In this document: piece by piece, positions 8,618 to 16,473 of the stretch
Numbering within the stretch: the stretch's first letter is position 1
How the letters are laid out: each line of letters opens with the position of its first letter
Assembly: GCA_964487045.1 (NCBI GenBank)
Contig: CAZAOT010000003.1
Coordinates: forward strand, 72,983 to 136,982
DNA: 64,000 bases
Direction: 5' to 3'
Source: an uncultured Candidatus Saccharibacteria bacterium
GTDB lineage: Bacteria; Patescibacteriota; UBA1384; DTJR01
Position numbers and translations under genes: made by a program
Notes under the pieces: model-generated
What the model was told of the DNA's origin: nothing
The model's input: the letters and a program-made list of their open reading frames with translations, nothing else
The model's database searches: none

Positions 8618-8660
8618 AAAGAAAGCCCGGGCGCTCCACTGGGGAGGGCTCGGGCTTGAT
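8618..8660 (-). terminator. Rho-independent terminator for the G+C-rich cassette
   Basis: Minus strand: AAGCCCGAGCCCTCCCCAGTGGAGCGCCCGGGCTT followed by TCTTTTTTATTT. Confidence 0.6.
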
Positions 8661-8678
8661 GAGGCGTGGTAGCGGGTG

Positions 8679-8939
8679 CTACCGGAGGTTTCGGCGCTGA
8701 TCCGCGGTGGGGTTCTTGCCCACGTTTGAGTTGCCGACCGTCCGCTTTCGCACGATCCAGTCGGCAAGGAGCACGAAGGCGCTGATCGTGGCAGTGATGG
8801 CAGTCATGTAGAGCGTCGGCTTGCTCTTAAACATGATGCCAAAAGCGATGAAAAGCGGGGTAGTGGGGAAGAGGAAGAATTTGAACAATCTCCTCTTTCC
8901 CTTGGTGAGAAAAGACTTCGGCTTGAGTGACTTCATCAT
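8679..8939 (-). CDS. small membrane protein (G+C-rich cassette gene 3)
   Basis: GGGAGG RBS; one or two TM helices; 15 nt downstream of the preceding gene. Confidence 0.45.
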   Translation of the reverse strand: MMKSLKPKSFLTKGKRRLFKFFLFPTTPLFIAFGIMFKSKPTLYMTAITATISAFVLLADWIVRKRTVGNSNVGKNPTADQRRNLR

Positions 8940-8953
8940 AGTCCTCCCTGTTT

Positions 8954-9523
8954 CTAGCCCTTGCAGTCAGGGCATACGATCGTGATTTGGTTTCCTACGC
9001 CGGACCCTGTGTCCGGAATGAAGGGATCTCCACAGCGGAAGCAGTATCTGGGTTCACCTGCAACCAGCTTCTTGTCTGCATCCGAGCAGACCTTGCACTT
9101 GCGGGGATTCCAGAGGTTGCGTCTGCTTGGGGTATAAGCACCGCAATGTGGGCAGTAGAAGTGTGTCATTAGGCGTTGCCCAGTGCTCTTGGCGACAGGC
9201 GGGATCCAGCGCTTGATCGTGAAGCGCTGCTCCAAACCAGGGTGCAACTCTACCGTAGCGCCGTGGCCGCTGGTAGCTCGGACAGCAAAGCCGTTTTCCA
9301 GAAAGAGGTTCGCTATCTGCGCGAGTTCGCCCAGAGGTTCCTGGTTGAGGGCAGTTGCCAACTCAACATAGCATAGTTCTTCTGGAATGCTAGCGGCAGG
9401 CTGGTTGATTTCGACAGCGATACGAGCTTGCTGCTCCTCGGGTAGATTTGCCAATAAGGCAGTAATCCGCCCCTTGAGCGCGTCTGCTTCTTGGCTTGTA
9501 CTGGTGACTCGGGCGCGGATCAT
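8954..9523 (-). CDS. hypothetical protein with C-terminal double CxxC zinc ribbon (G+C-rich cassette gene 2)
   Basis: AGGGAG RBS; C-terminus CPHCG...CKVCS...CFRCG...CPDCKG. Confidence 0.55.
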   Translation of the reverse strand: MIRARVTSTSQEADALKGRITALLANLPEEQQARIAVEINQPAASIPEELCYVELATALNQEPLGELAQIANLFLENGFAVRATSGHGATVELHPGLEQRFTIKRWIPPVAKSTGQRLMTHFYCPHCGAYTPSRRNLWNPRKCKVCSDADKKLVAGEPRYCFRCGDPFIPDTGSGVGNQITIVCPDCKG

Positions 9524-9637
9524 GGTTGCTCCCTATCCTTTTTGGTATGTAAAGGTTCGAACGAACGTTTGATTATATTTGAATTACGTCCGAATGTCAA
9601 TAATTAAGTACAAGGGACGCCGGAGGGGCGTCCCTGA

Positions 9638-9919
9638 TCAGAGCCAGCAGTCGTGGCGAGTGATGATATTTCCGTCATCGCCAATACTGCCAACTTTGCA
9701 TGTTCTTCCGAGACGGCGAAAGCCTCTCATTGCAGGAGCAAATGCGGCTGCACCTAACAATATATAGAAGCTGGTACCAGATATGCCCGAGATGGTAGCG
9801 AAAAGCCAGAACATCTTGGGGTAGCAGATCGCTACAGTCGTTGAAGTGTACGCAACCCCTTTGAGAAGGGGAGCGAGAACGATCGGTCGTGAAACTAATG
9901 ACAGAATTCGACTGATCAT
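9638..9919 (-). CDS. small hydrophobic protein (G+C-rich cassette gene 1)
   Basis: AAGGAG sits 7 nt upstream of the ATG at 9919; a promoter-like TTGAAA-17-TAATTT lies upstream. Confidence 0.45.
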   Translation of the reverse strand: MISRILSLVSRPIVLAPLLKGVAYTSTTVAICYPKMFWLFATISGISGTSFYILLGAAAFAPAMRGFRRLGRTCKVGSIGDDGNIITRHDCWL

Positions 9920-9984
9920 GCGCTTCTCCTTCCGAGGGATATGGTTAAATTATCCTAAAACAAGTTTGTTTTCAACCTGATAGA

Positions 9985-10013
9985 TTGATTTTTTGTCTCA
10001 TTTGGGCTATAAT
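9985..10013 (+). promoter_or_regulatory. sigma70-type promoter for tRNA-Lys
   Basis: TTGATT - 17 nt - TATAAT, ~60 nt upstream of the tRNA. Confidence 0.5.
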
Positions 10014-10074
10014 AATAAGTGCCTGCCTGCCGGTAGGCAGGGCTTTCCGCCTGTTCTTTTCTGTTATAAAGTTT

Positions 10075-10149
10075 GGGCCTGTAGCTCAGTGGTAGAGCAG
10101 TTGCCTTTTAAGCAACGTGTCGTGGGTTCGATACCCACCAGGCCCTCCA
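10075..10149 (+). tRNA. tRNA-Lys (anticodon UUU), CCA encoded
   Basis: Cloverleaf: acceptor GGGCCTG/CAGGCCC, D-arm AGCTCAGTGGTAGAGC, anticodon stem GTTGC/GCAAC with loop CTTTTAA, T-arm GTGGGTTCGATACCCAC. Confidence 0.9.
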
Positions 10150-10156
10150 ATGAAAA

Positions 10157-10190
10157 AAAATATCCACCCGTGCGGTGGATGTTTTTGTTA
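10157..10190 (+). terminator. Rho-independent terminator after tRNA-Lys
   Basis: ATCCACCCGTGCGGTGGAT followed by GTTTTTGTTATTT. Confidence 0.6.
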
Positions 10191-10341
10191 TTTGGAGTCA
10201 CTTAAGAGCGCGAAAGGCGTAGGCCGAGCTAAGGTCGAGAAAAAAAATCAGCAAAAATTGTCCAACATCTTGATTTTTTGAAAAATAAGTGAATAATGTA
10301 TTATTAATTTGGAATACGTACATTGAAAGAGGTAGGTAGCG

Positions 10342-10761
10342 ATGAGTAAGCGCATCCTGGTGGTTGATGATGAGCGCCACATCGTCCGTCTGGTTAAGCT
10401 CAACCTGGAACGCGCCGGCGGCTATGACGTCCTGACAGCGTACGACGGGATCGAGGCTCTGGGCAAAGTCAAGACCGAGAGCCCCGATATGGTGGTGCTC
10501 GACATCATGATGCCCCGGATGGACGGTTACGAAGTACTGCGTAACTTGCAAGCAGATCCCAGCTGCCAGAACATACCCGTGATCATGCTGACCGGCAAGG
10601 ACCAGGACGCCGACTTCTTCAAGGCCTGGGCCAGTGGGTTGAGGGCATATATGACAAAGCCCTTTGATCCCCAAGAATTGCTGACATTCATCCAACGGAT
10701 CTTCGAGGCCGATCAAATCGGGTATGGGGATGATACAGATGATTCGTGCTTTGAAGTGTAA
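10342..10761 (+). CDS. stand-alone response-regulator receiver (CheY-like) protein
   Basis: LVVDDE...DVLTAYDG...VVLDIMMPRMDG...MLTGK...KPF receiver signature. AAGAGG RBS. G+C-rich. The opposite-strand ORF 10198..10863 is a shadow. Confidence 0.85.
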   Translation: MSKRILVVDDERHIVRLVKLNLERAGGYDVLTAYDGIEALGKVKTESPDMVVLDIMMPRMDGYEVLRNLQADPSCQNIPVIMLTGKDQDADFFKAWASGLRAYMTKPFDPQELLTFIQRIFEADQIGYGDDTDDSCFEV

Positions 10762-10782
10762 TGTAGCTTGCCCCTCTCGATT

Positions 10783-10830
10783 CCCATGCCCGCATCTGCT
10801 CCGGAGGCTTTGCGGGCATTCTTTTTCTAA
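10783..10830 (+). terminator. Rho-independent terminator
   Basis: ATGCCCGCA-loop-TGCGGGCAT followed by TCTTTTTCT. Confidence 0.6.
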
Positions 10831-11003
10831 ATAGTTAACACCCATTTTATAAAGTCCAAACACAAATTTTTCAAAATTAGTTCAATCTGAGCCACAGGTG
10901 AAATTTCGCGTTCCACCCGCGAAATCCCCAGAAATAAAATTGCCCCGTTAGGGGCTATTTTAATTATTTAGAGATGTTTCCAGTCGTGTGATATATTAGT
11001 CCT

Positions 11004-11453
11004 ATGGTCAAATCTCATCCAAAAGTAGGTGTTGGCATTATCGTCATCAAGAAAGAAAATGGCAAAGATTTTGTAATGCTCCATCAGCGCAAAGGAAGAA
11101 ATGGGCTAGGCAAGGACTATTGGGGCAGTGGTGGAGGACACCTGGAATTGGGTGAATCGCTGGAGGCCGGTGCGCTTCGGGAGCTCAAAGAGGAAGCAGG
11201 AGGCAAACTGAAGGTAAAAAATGTGAGATTCTTAGGTGTGATTAACTTTACCGAAATGAATCCAAAACACTATGTCGATGTCAGTTTTGTAGCCGATTGG
11301 GTGTCCGGGGAACCAATTAACAATGCTCCCGAGGAAACAACCGACTGGAAGTGGTTTGCGCTGGATGAGCTACCAAGCCCGCTCTTTCCGCCAGTAGAGC
11401 ATTATCTGGAAGCGCTCGAGACAGGGCAAAGTTTTTTTGATTCGTCGTTTTAG
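11004..11453 (+). CDS. NUDIX hydrolase
   Basis: Nudix box GGGHLELGESLEAGALRELKEEAG. Confidence 0.85.
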   Translation: MVKSHPKVGVGIIVIKKENGKDFVMLHQRKGRNGLGKDYWGSGGGHLELGESLEAGALRELKEEAGGKLKVKNVRFLGVINFTEMNPKHYVDVSFVADWVSGEPINNAPEETTDWKWFALDELPSPLFPPVEHYLEALETGQSFFDSSF

Positions 11454-11466
11454 TTAAAGGTGCAAC

Positions 11467-12216
11467 ATGAAAATGCTTGAGTCAATTACAATCCGTCTAC
11501 CTCGAAAAGATCGAGATTTTGAGAATAAATTTCTTAACTTTTTGGGTCAATTTGGAATAAAAAAGGGCGATAAAATCACTTTTCAGCGTTCCAGTGATAA
11601 ATATCTTCCAAGAACTGCCTTTGAATTTAGCGATTGCCAGACTGCTGAAGCGATATTTTGTAGTTCGACAGAGCATAAGGTTAAGATTGCCAATACTACC
11701 GGTCAGGAGAAAAAGAGCCCTCTTGCATATACTCCAATCAAGCTAGGAGAATTTTTAGAACGCGTGAAGAATCTGAATTTTGAATTTGTGGATCATATTG
11801 GTTTTGACATTTTTTGGCCTAGGGGTGCTCATCCGGCAATTCAACAAGCCAGAGAGGTTTTATCCAAGGAGTGTTTGTATTATCTTTATCCAACAGGAGA
11901 AGACTGGGATTTTATTATTCCCGCCACTCCAGAAGAGATTGTTTCAAAAGCGTTAGATTACAAAGCCATTCGCAGGCCAAAATTCGAAATAGTCTCGCTC
12001 GACTATACTTCAACCCCGATTATCCAATTTGATATATCGGTTAAAGAAAATTTTGATCAAATTAAAGGTTTATTTCCTGAAGGTTATCCGGATAATTATT
12101 TGAAAAATGTTTGGGTTTATATAGAGAACCCCTACGAATTATTTATTTGTGTGGTAATTGGTCATCGCAACAAAGGCGACTGGTACCGATTTCTTAAAAA
12201 AGGACTAATCAAGTAG
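11467..12216 (+). CDS. hypothetical protein
   Basis: 249-aa ORF 13 nt after the NUDIX gene; AAAGGTG RBS; no recognisable motif. Confidence 0.55.
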   Translation: MKMLESITIRLPRKDRDFENKFLNFLGQFGIKKGDKITFQRSSDKYLPRTAFEFSDCQTAEAIFCSSTEHKVKIANTTGQEKKSPLAYTPIKLGEFLERVKNLNFEFVDHIGFDIFWPRGAHPAIQQAREVLSKECLYYLYPTGEDWDFIIPATPEEIVSKALDYKAIRRPKFEIVSLDYTSTPIIQFDISVKENFDQIKGLFPEGYPDNYLKNVWVYIENPYELFICVVIGHRNKGDWYRFLKKGLIK

Positions 12217-12423
12217 GACGACTCTGTTTTAAAAGTGAAGATTACGGAACTTTTTTTATAATAATTAGGATTGACTTTTTTGTAATAAACACAAGAATTG
12301 GGATATCATTAAGTTATTAGTAATAATAAAATATCCCAGTCACATTTCACCCTCTCGCAATATTCTTAATCTAAGAAATTTGCGAACCTGCCTACCGGCA
12401 GGCAAGTAGGGATCAAAGTGACG

Positions 12424-12477
12424 GGACTTCCGGAATTGCTTCCTGCCTTGGAGCGCAATTCTCGGAGCGGAGGAAAT
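12424..12477 (+). promoter_or_regulatory. Conserved 5' leader motif: GGGACTTCCGG - GAATTGC...GCAATTC hairpin - GGAGCGGAGG - ATG
   Basis: ~50 nt, near-identical to 21440..21487 (minus strand). The frame CTTCCGG / GGAGCGGAGG is also found at 4145..4200. Confidence 0.5.
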
Positions 12478-12975
12478 ATGGCAAAGCCAACTAAATACGC
12501 AACTCTAATCTGTTTTGTGCTCATGATAGTCGCTGCGATATGCGCCTATATTGGTTATCGCAATCAATCAGCGATTGTTATTGTCCTAGGTCTATTGCCA
12601 ACGGTTATTTATGAAGTCTATCGAACAGAAGGCGAATCAACCCGTGCTTCAAGTTGGCTGATGTTGTTTGTGCTGGTAGCCGAAGCAATCTTAATTTTGT
12701 TTAAGATCAATTTTGATCTCGGGCAATATCTTGGACAATCTGATGCAATAATTGGTGGATCAGTAGTGCCACTTGGCGATATAAAGATTTTGGCTCCAGC
12801 AATTATGGCTCTACTCTCAGTAATTTTATTTACCCGAACAGCCGGAATATATACAAAGTGGTTATCGGTGATAATTTTTGCAGTATCTTTCGTGCTTATT
12901 TATGTTATTTCTCCCGAAGGGTTTTCGGGACTTATAAAATCTGCCATTAATCAGGTTATTTATTGGGGATTCTAA
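12478..12975 (+). CDS. integral membrane protein
   Basis: Start moved to the ATG at 12478 (GGAGG 5 nt upstream), because the track's upstream extension runs through the conserved leader. Four or five TM helices. Confidence 0.6.
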   Translation: MAKPTKYATLICFVLMIVAAICAYIGYRNQSAIVIVLGLLPTVIYEVYRTEGESTRASSWLMLFVLVAEAILILFKINFDLGQYLGQSDAIIGGSVVPLGDIKILAPAIMALLSVILFTRTAGIYTKWLSVIIFAVSFVLIYVISPEGFSGLIKSAINQVIYWGF

Positions 12976-13773
12976 TTATCTTACAGCGAAATAGTAACCC
13001 TTGTAGGAAAAATAATTGCCTCGAGGGCTTTGGGCCGGCTTGGATAGGTCTAGTTTTCCGTAAATTTTAAATTTATTGGCAATGGCAAAATGATATTCGG
13101 TAAGTGAATCAACCGCTGAACCATTTTCAATGAAAGTTCCTCCAGTTAGGCCGAATAAAAACAATGCTTTGATTCCACTCTCAATGCAGATGTTGTCAGT
13201 GCTGATAAATTTATAGTCTTCGTCTAATAACATTTTATAAGTCTTTGAGTCAGTCTTTTGCGGGCCAAGTTTGCCGGGTCTGTCCCAGTAGGTAATTAAT
13301 TTTGTTGCATCTTCAACCTGCATTTTTATTTCTGGAGATTTTCCGAGATACTCAATTTTATCTTCAACAATTTTTATTCCATATTTGATCGCCGGATAAT
13401 AACAGAAAGTGTAAATAGGTTTTTTCTTGTCGTGGATAGTGACAACGACTGAAAACATTTTCTTTCCTTCGGCATACAACTTAGTTCCATCTATTGGGTC
13501 TAGAGTCAAAACATATTTAGACGTTTTTGCAAATAAATGGGCGCTTGGAGTTTCTTCCTCGCCAATAAGCTCACACTCCTTTAGATCGCTTTGAATTAGG
13601 CGACTGAGAATGAACTCCTGCACCGCAAGATCGGCGGAGGTAACTATATCAACTTCGCTAAAACCGGTATTATGTTTCTGATTGGAAGTAAAACTGCTAC
13701 GCATCTTTAATGCTAATTCTCCTGCCTTGATAAAGTCTTGTTCAAATTTTTGAACTTCTTCTATTATATTCAT
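12976..13773 (-). CDS. inositol monophosphatase / FBPase-family phosphatase
   Basis: LDPIDGT metal-binding motif and WDxxG-like region of the IMPase fold. Confidence 0.75.
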   Translation of the reverse strand: MNIIEEVQKFEQDFIKAGELALKMRSSFTSNQKHNTGFSEVDIVTSADLAVQEFILSRLIQSDLKECELIGEEETPSAHLFAKTSKYVLTLDPIDGTKLYAEGKKMFSVVVTIHDKKKPIYTFCYYPAIKYGIKIVEDKIEYLGKSPEIKMQVEDATKLITYWDRPGKLGPQKTDSKTYKMLLDEDYKFISTDNICIESGIKALFLFGLTGGTFIENGSAVDSLTEYHFAIANKFKIYGKLDLSKPAQSPRGNYFSYKGYYFAVR

Positions 13774-13816
13774 AAGCCAATCATATCTAATCTAGATTGA
13801 GAGTAAAGATTGAAGA

Positions 13817-13845
13817 TTGACTAATCGGCGAAAATAGTGTATATT
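13817..13845 (+). promoter_or_regulatory. sigma70-type promoter upstream of the typA uORF
   Basis: TTGACT - 17 nt - TATATT. Confidence 0.5.
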
Positions 13846-13953
13846 CTATTGGTTGTAAACAGCCAAAGAAGGCTTTTTGATCTATTTCGCATAGCGAAGA
13901 GATCAACCCTTCCATAGCTCTTTGAGCGAAGGAGGGTATTCTTTTTAAAAATT

Positions 13954-14070
13954 ATGATTCGAAACGTTGCGATTATTGCTCATGTAGACCCCACACCGCT
14001 CCTTACTGCAAAACGGATTCCATCCTGTTATTGCAGTGCGTCAGGTCGAGGGGCGAGAGATGACAAATAA
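13954..14070 (+). other. uORF (38 aa) made of a synonymous-recoded duplicate of the typA N-terminus plus a conserved ~67-nt element (13989..14055)
   Basis: MIRNVAIIAHVD-PTPLLTAKRIPSCYCSASGRGARDDK*. The first 12 codons give the same amino acids as typA codons 6-16, with 6 synonymous nucleotide differences. The element is the reverse complement of 7024..7089. Confidence 0.6.
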
Positions 14071-14081
14071 AATTTTGCCAA

Positions 14082-15902
14082 ATGGATATGAATAAAATTA
14101 GAAATGTAGCTATCATAGCTCATGTAGACCACGGAAAGACCACGCTTGTCGATGGTCTATTAAAGCAGTCCCATACTTTTCGTGACAACCAAGCCGAGAT
14201 GAATCAGACGCTCATTATGGACTCAAACGATCAGGAGAGAGAGCGCGGAATTACAATTTTGGCTAAAAATACCGCAGTAAATTACAAAGATACTAAAATT
14301 AATATTATTGATACTCCTGGCCACGCCGATTTCGGTGGGGAGGTGGAGCGAACGCTCAATATGGCAGATGGCGCGATCCTTGTAGTTGATGCTCAAGAAG
14401 GACCAATGCCTCAAACAAAGTTTGTTTTGAAAAAAGCGCTTGATTTAGGGCTAAAGATTATTGTAGTAATAAACAAAATTGATAAGAAAAATGCGCAAGT
14501 TGAAAGTGTTATAGAAAGAACTTCAGATCTATTTCTTGATTTAGCTTCTGATGAGTCACAGCTCGAATTTCCAATTTTGTTTTCAATTGCCAAGCAAGGT
14601 AAGGCTTGGAGCGAAATGCCACAGAATTTTGAAGAAGACGGTGATCTTTCGAAAATTTTTGAAGCAATTTTGCAGTATATTCCTGCGCCAAAAGTCGAAG
14701 AGGGTCCATTTCAGATGCTTGTATCGGCCTTGGATTGGGATAGCTATCAGGGAAAATACGCAATCGGAAAAATTTCAAGAGGAAAAGCGATGGCTGGTCT
14801 TCAGGTGAGTTTGGTAAATGAAGATGGCGTAAAAGAAAATACTCGAATTGATAAGATTTTTGTTAGCAGCGGTTTGGTCAAACAAGAAGTTAAGGAAGCC
14901 GTGTGTGGCGACATTGTTTCAATTACCGGAATTAAGAACGCTGGAATTGGCGAAACAATCGCTGATCAGACGAGTCCCGAGGCTCTGCCGGGCATAAGTA
15001 TAGAAGAGCCGACCCTTTCGATGGCAATTTCAGCCAATACTTCGCCATTTGCTGGCAAGGAAGGTAAGTTTGTTACTGGCCGACAAATTTTAGACAGAAT
15101 TAAAAAAGAACTAGAGACAAACGTTTCGCTAAAATTTAAACAGGGCGAGGAAGGCGAATATATTCTCTCTGGCCGAGGCGAACTTCACTTGTCCGTCTTT
15201 ATTGAAACTCTTCGTAGAGAAGGTTTTGAGCTTCAAGTTGGTAAGCCACAGGTTATTATCAAAGAGATTGATGGCATTAAGAGCGAACCACTTGAAGAAT
15301 TAACGGTTGATGTCGAAGATCAGTATGTAAATAACGTGATCGCCGAGGTTATAAGACGAAAAGGTGTTTTGCATCATCAGAACCCACTTCTTGATGGCAC
15401 GACCAGGCTTATTTTTGAAATTACAACGCGTGGAATGCTCGGTCTTAGAAGCCAACTAATGACTCTTTCGCGCGGAACAGCTGTCGCTAACTCGATATTT
15501 TTAAGATTTGAAAAAGTTATGAGCGAAATTCCAAGACTTCGAAACGGAGTTTTGATCGCTTCTGAAGATGGCAAGGCTGTAACTTATGGGCTTGATATAG
15601 CTCAGGGCCGAGGAATCACATTTATCGAGCCACAACAGCAAGTCTATAAAGGTATGATTATCGGGCTTAATTCAAAAGAGTCTGATATCGAAATCAATGT
15701 AGCCAAAGAGAAGCATTTGACCAATATTCGAGCTGCTTCTTCTGATATGACCACGGTTTTGACCCCAGCAACAATTTTGTCACTTGAACAATGTATTGAC
15801 TTTTTGGAAGATGACGAGCTTCTTGAGGTTACTCCAACGTCACTTCGACTTCGAAAGAAGATACTCGATCCAACGCAGCGAAATAGAGCTAGAATTCGCT
15901 AA
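14082..15902 (+). CDS. typA: translational GTPase TypA/BipA
   Basis: AHVDHGKTT, DTPGHADF and NKID G-motifs; EF-G-like domain order; ~600 aa. Confidence 0.95.
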   Translation: MDMNKIRNVAIIAHVDHGKTTLVDGLLKQSHTFRDNQAEMNQTLIMDSNDQERERGITILAKNTAVNYKDTKINIIDTPGHADFGGEVERTLNMADGAILVVDAQEGPMPQTKFVLKKALDLGLKIIVVINKIDKKNAQVESVIERTSDLFLDLASDESQLEFPILFSIAKQGKAWSEMPQNFEEDGDLSKIFEAILQYIPAPKVEEGPFQMLVSALDWDSYQGKYAIGKISRGKAMAGLQVSLVNEDGVKENTRIDKIFVSSGLVKQEVKEAVCGDIVSITGIKNAGIGETIADQTSPEALPGISIEEPTLSMAISANTSPFAGKEGKFVTGRQILDRIKKELETNVSLKFKQGEEGEYILSGRGELHLSVFIETLRREGFELQVGKPQVIIKEIDGIKSEPLEELTVDVEDQYVNNVIAEVIRRKGVLHHQNPLLDGTTRLIFEITTRGMLGLRSQLMTLSRGTAVANSIFLRFEKVMSEIPRLRNGVLIASEDGKAVTYGLDIAQGRGITFIEPQQQVYKGMIIGLNSKESDIEINVAKEKHLTNIRAASSDMTTVLTPATILSLEQCIDFLEDDELLEVTPTSLRLRKKILDPTQRNRARIR

Positions 15903-15917
15903 AACGCACTATCTCGA

Positions 15918-15946
15918 TTGACCTTTTTTGAAAAAATAGGTATAAT
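15918..15946 (+). promoter_or_regulatory. sigma70-type promoter driving the G+C-rich three-gene block
   Basis: TTGACC - 17 nt - TATAAT. Confidence 0.55.
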
Positions 15947-15988
15947 TTTCTATTGCTCTTTAACAAACAGGGAAAACGAAAGGAAGAC

Positions 15989-16219
15989 ATGCCGACGTCA
16001 ATCGAGACTAAGGCGAGGAATATCGATAGACACTTGCCGGAGATGATGTGCTTGGCGCACTCGTCCGGCTTGCCTTCGATCATCCTTCCGTTTGGCACTT
16101 TTGACCAGCCAACTCAGGAGAAGCTGCGTGACCTAGTGGCCGAGTACGCCAAAGGCAAGGGCCACAAGACGCGCAAGTTCTTGCATCAGACGCGCCTCTA
16201 TCTCGAGGTGAGTATCTAA
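15989..16219 (+). CDS. hypothetical small protein (G+C-rich)
   Basis: AAGGAAG RBS before the ATG at 15989. Confidence 0.4.
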   Translation: MPTSIETKARNIDRHLPEMMCLAHSSGLPSIILPFGTFDQPTQEKLRDLVAEYAKGKGHKTRKFLHQTRLYLEVSI

Positions 16220-16226
16220 GGAGGGC

Positions 16227-16448
16227 ATGATGCCCAGGATAACCAGAACTGATTCGGCCGGCAATGCTTTGGAGATCGACGGCGCCAAGGTCGTCGCCGG
16301 GCCTTACGGCTCTCGGGCTGAGGTTGTTGTTGCGCACGCAGAGGTTGGGATGGAGTTGGCTTGTCGTTCGGGACGAATTTCAAGCGGGGTCTTTATTGAG
16401 CTCAATGGAAAGCACTATGCTGTCGAGGTCGCGACACAATTGATGTAA
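16227..16448 (+). CDS. hypothetical small protein (G+C-rich)
   Basis: AGGAGG RBS; 73 aa. Confidence 0.4.
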   Translation: MMPRITRTDSAGNALEIDGAKVVAGPYGSRAEVVVAHAEVGMELACRSGRISSGVFIELNGKHYAVEVATQLM

Positions 16449-16473
16449 GTTGGCCAAAATAGGGAGGCAGATT

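Noticed and set aside
10198-10863. 221-aa minus-strand ORF overlapping the response regulator
   Set aside because: The + strand frame has a clear receiver-domain signature, RBS and terminator; the minus ORF is a typical high-GC shadow frame.
13989-14055. The element as a group I/II intron, intein or riboswitch
   Set aside because: It is too short for an intron. It has no GUGYG...AY boundaries and no intein C/S...HN termini. A riboswitch would not come with a recoded duplicate of the coding N-terminus. It is left as unclassified.
13954-14123. Programmed ribosomal bypassing (gene-60-like hop) between the duplicated codons
   Set aside because: There is no stop codon immediately after a take-off codon. 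The gap (~130 nt) is far longer than known bypass gaps. The downstream copy has its own start codon, so translational coupling of a uORF is the simpler reading.
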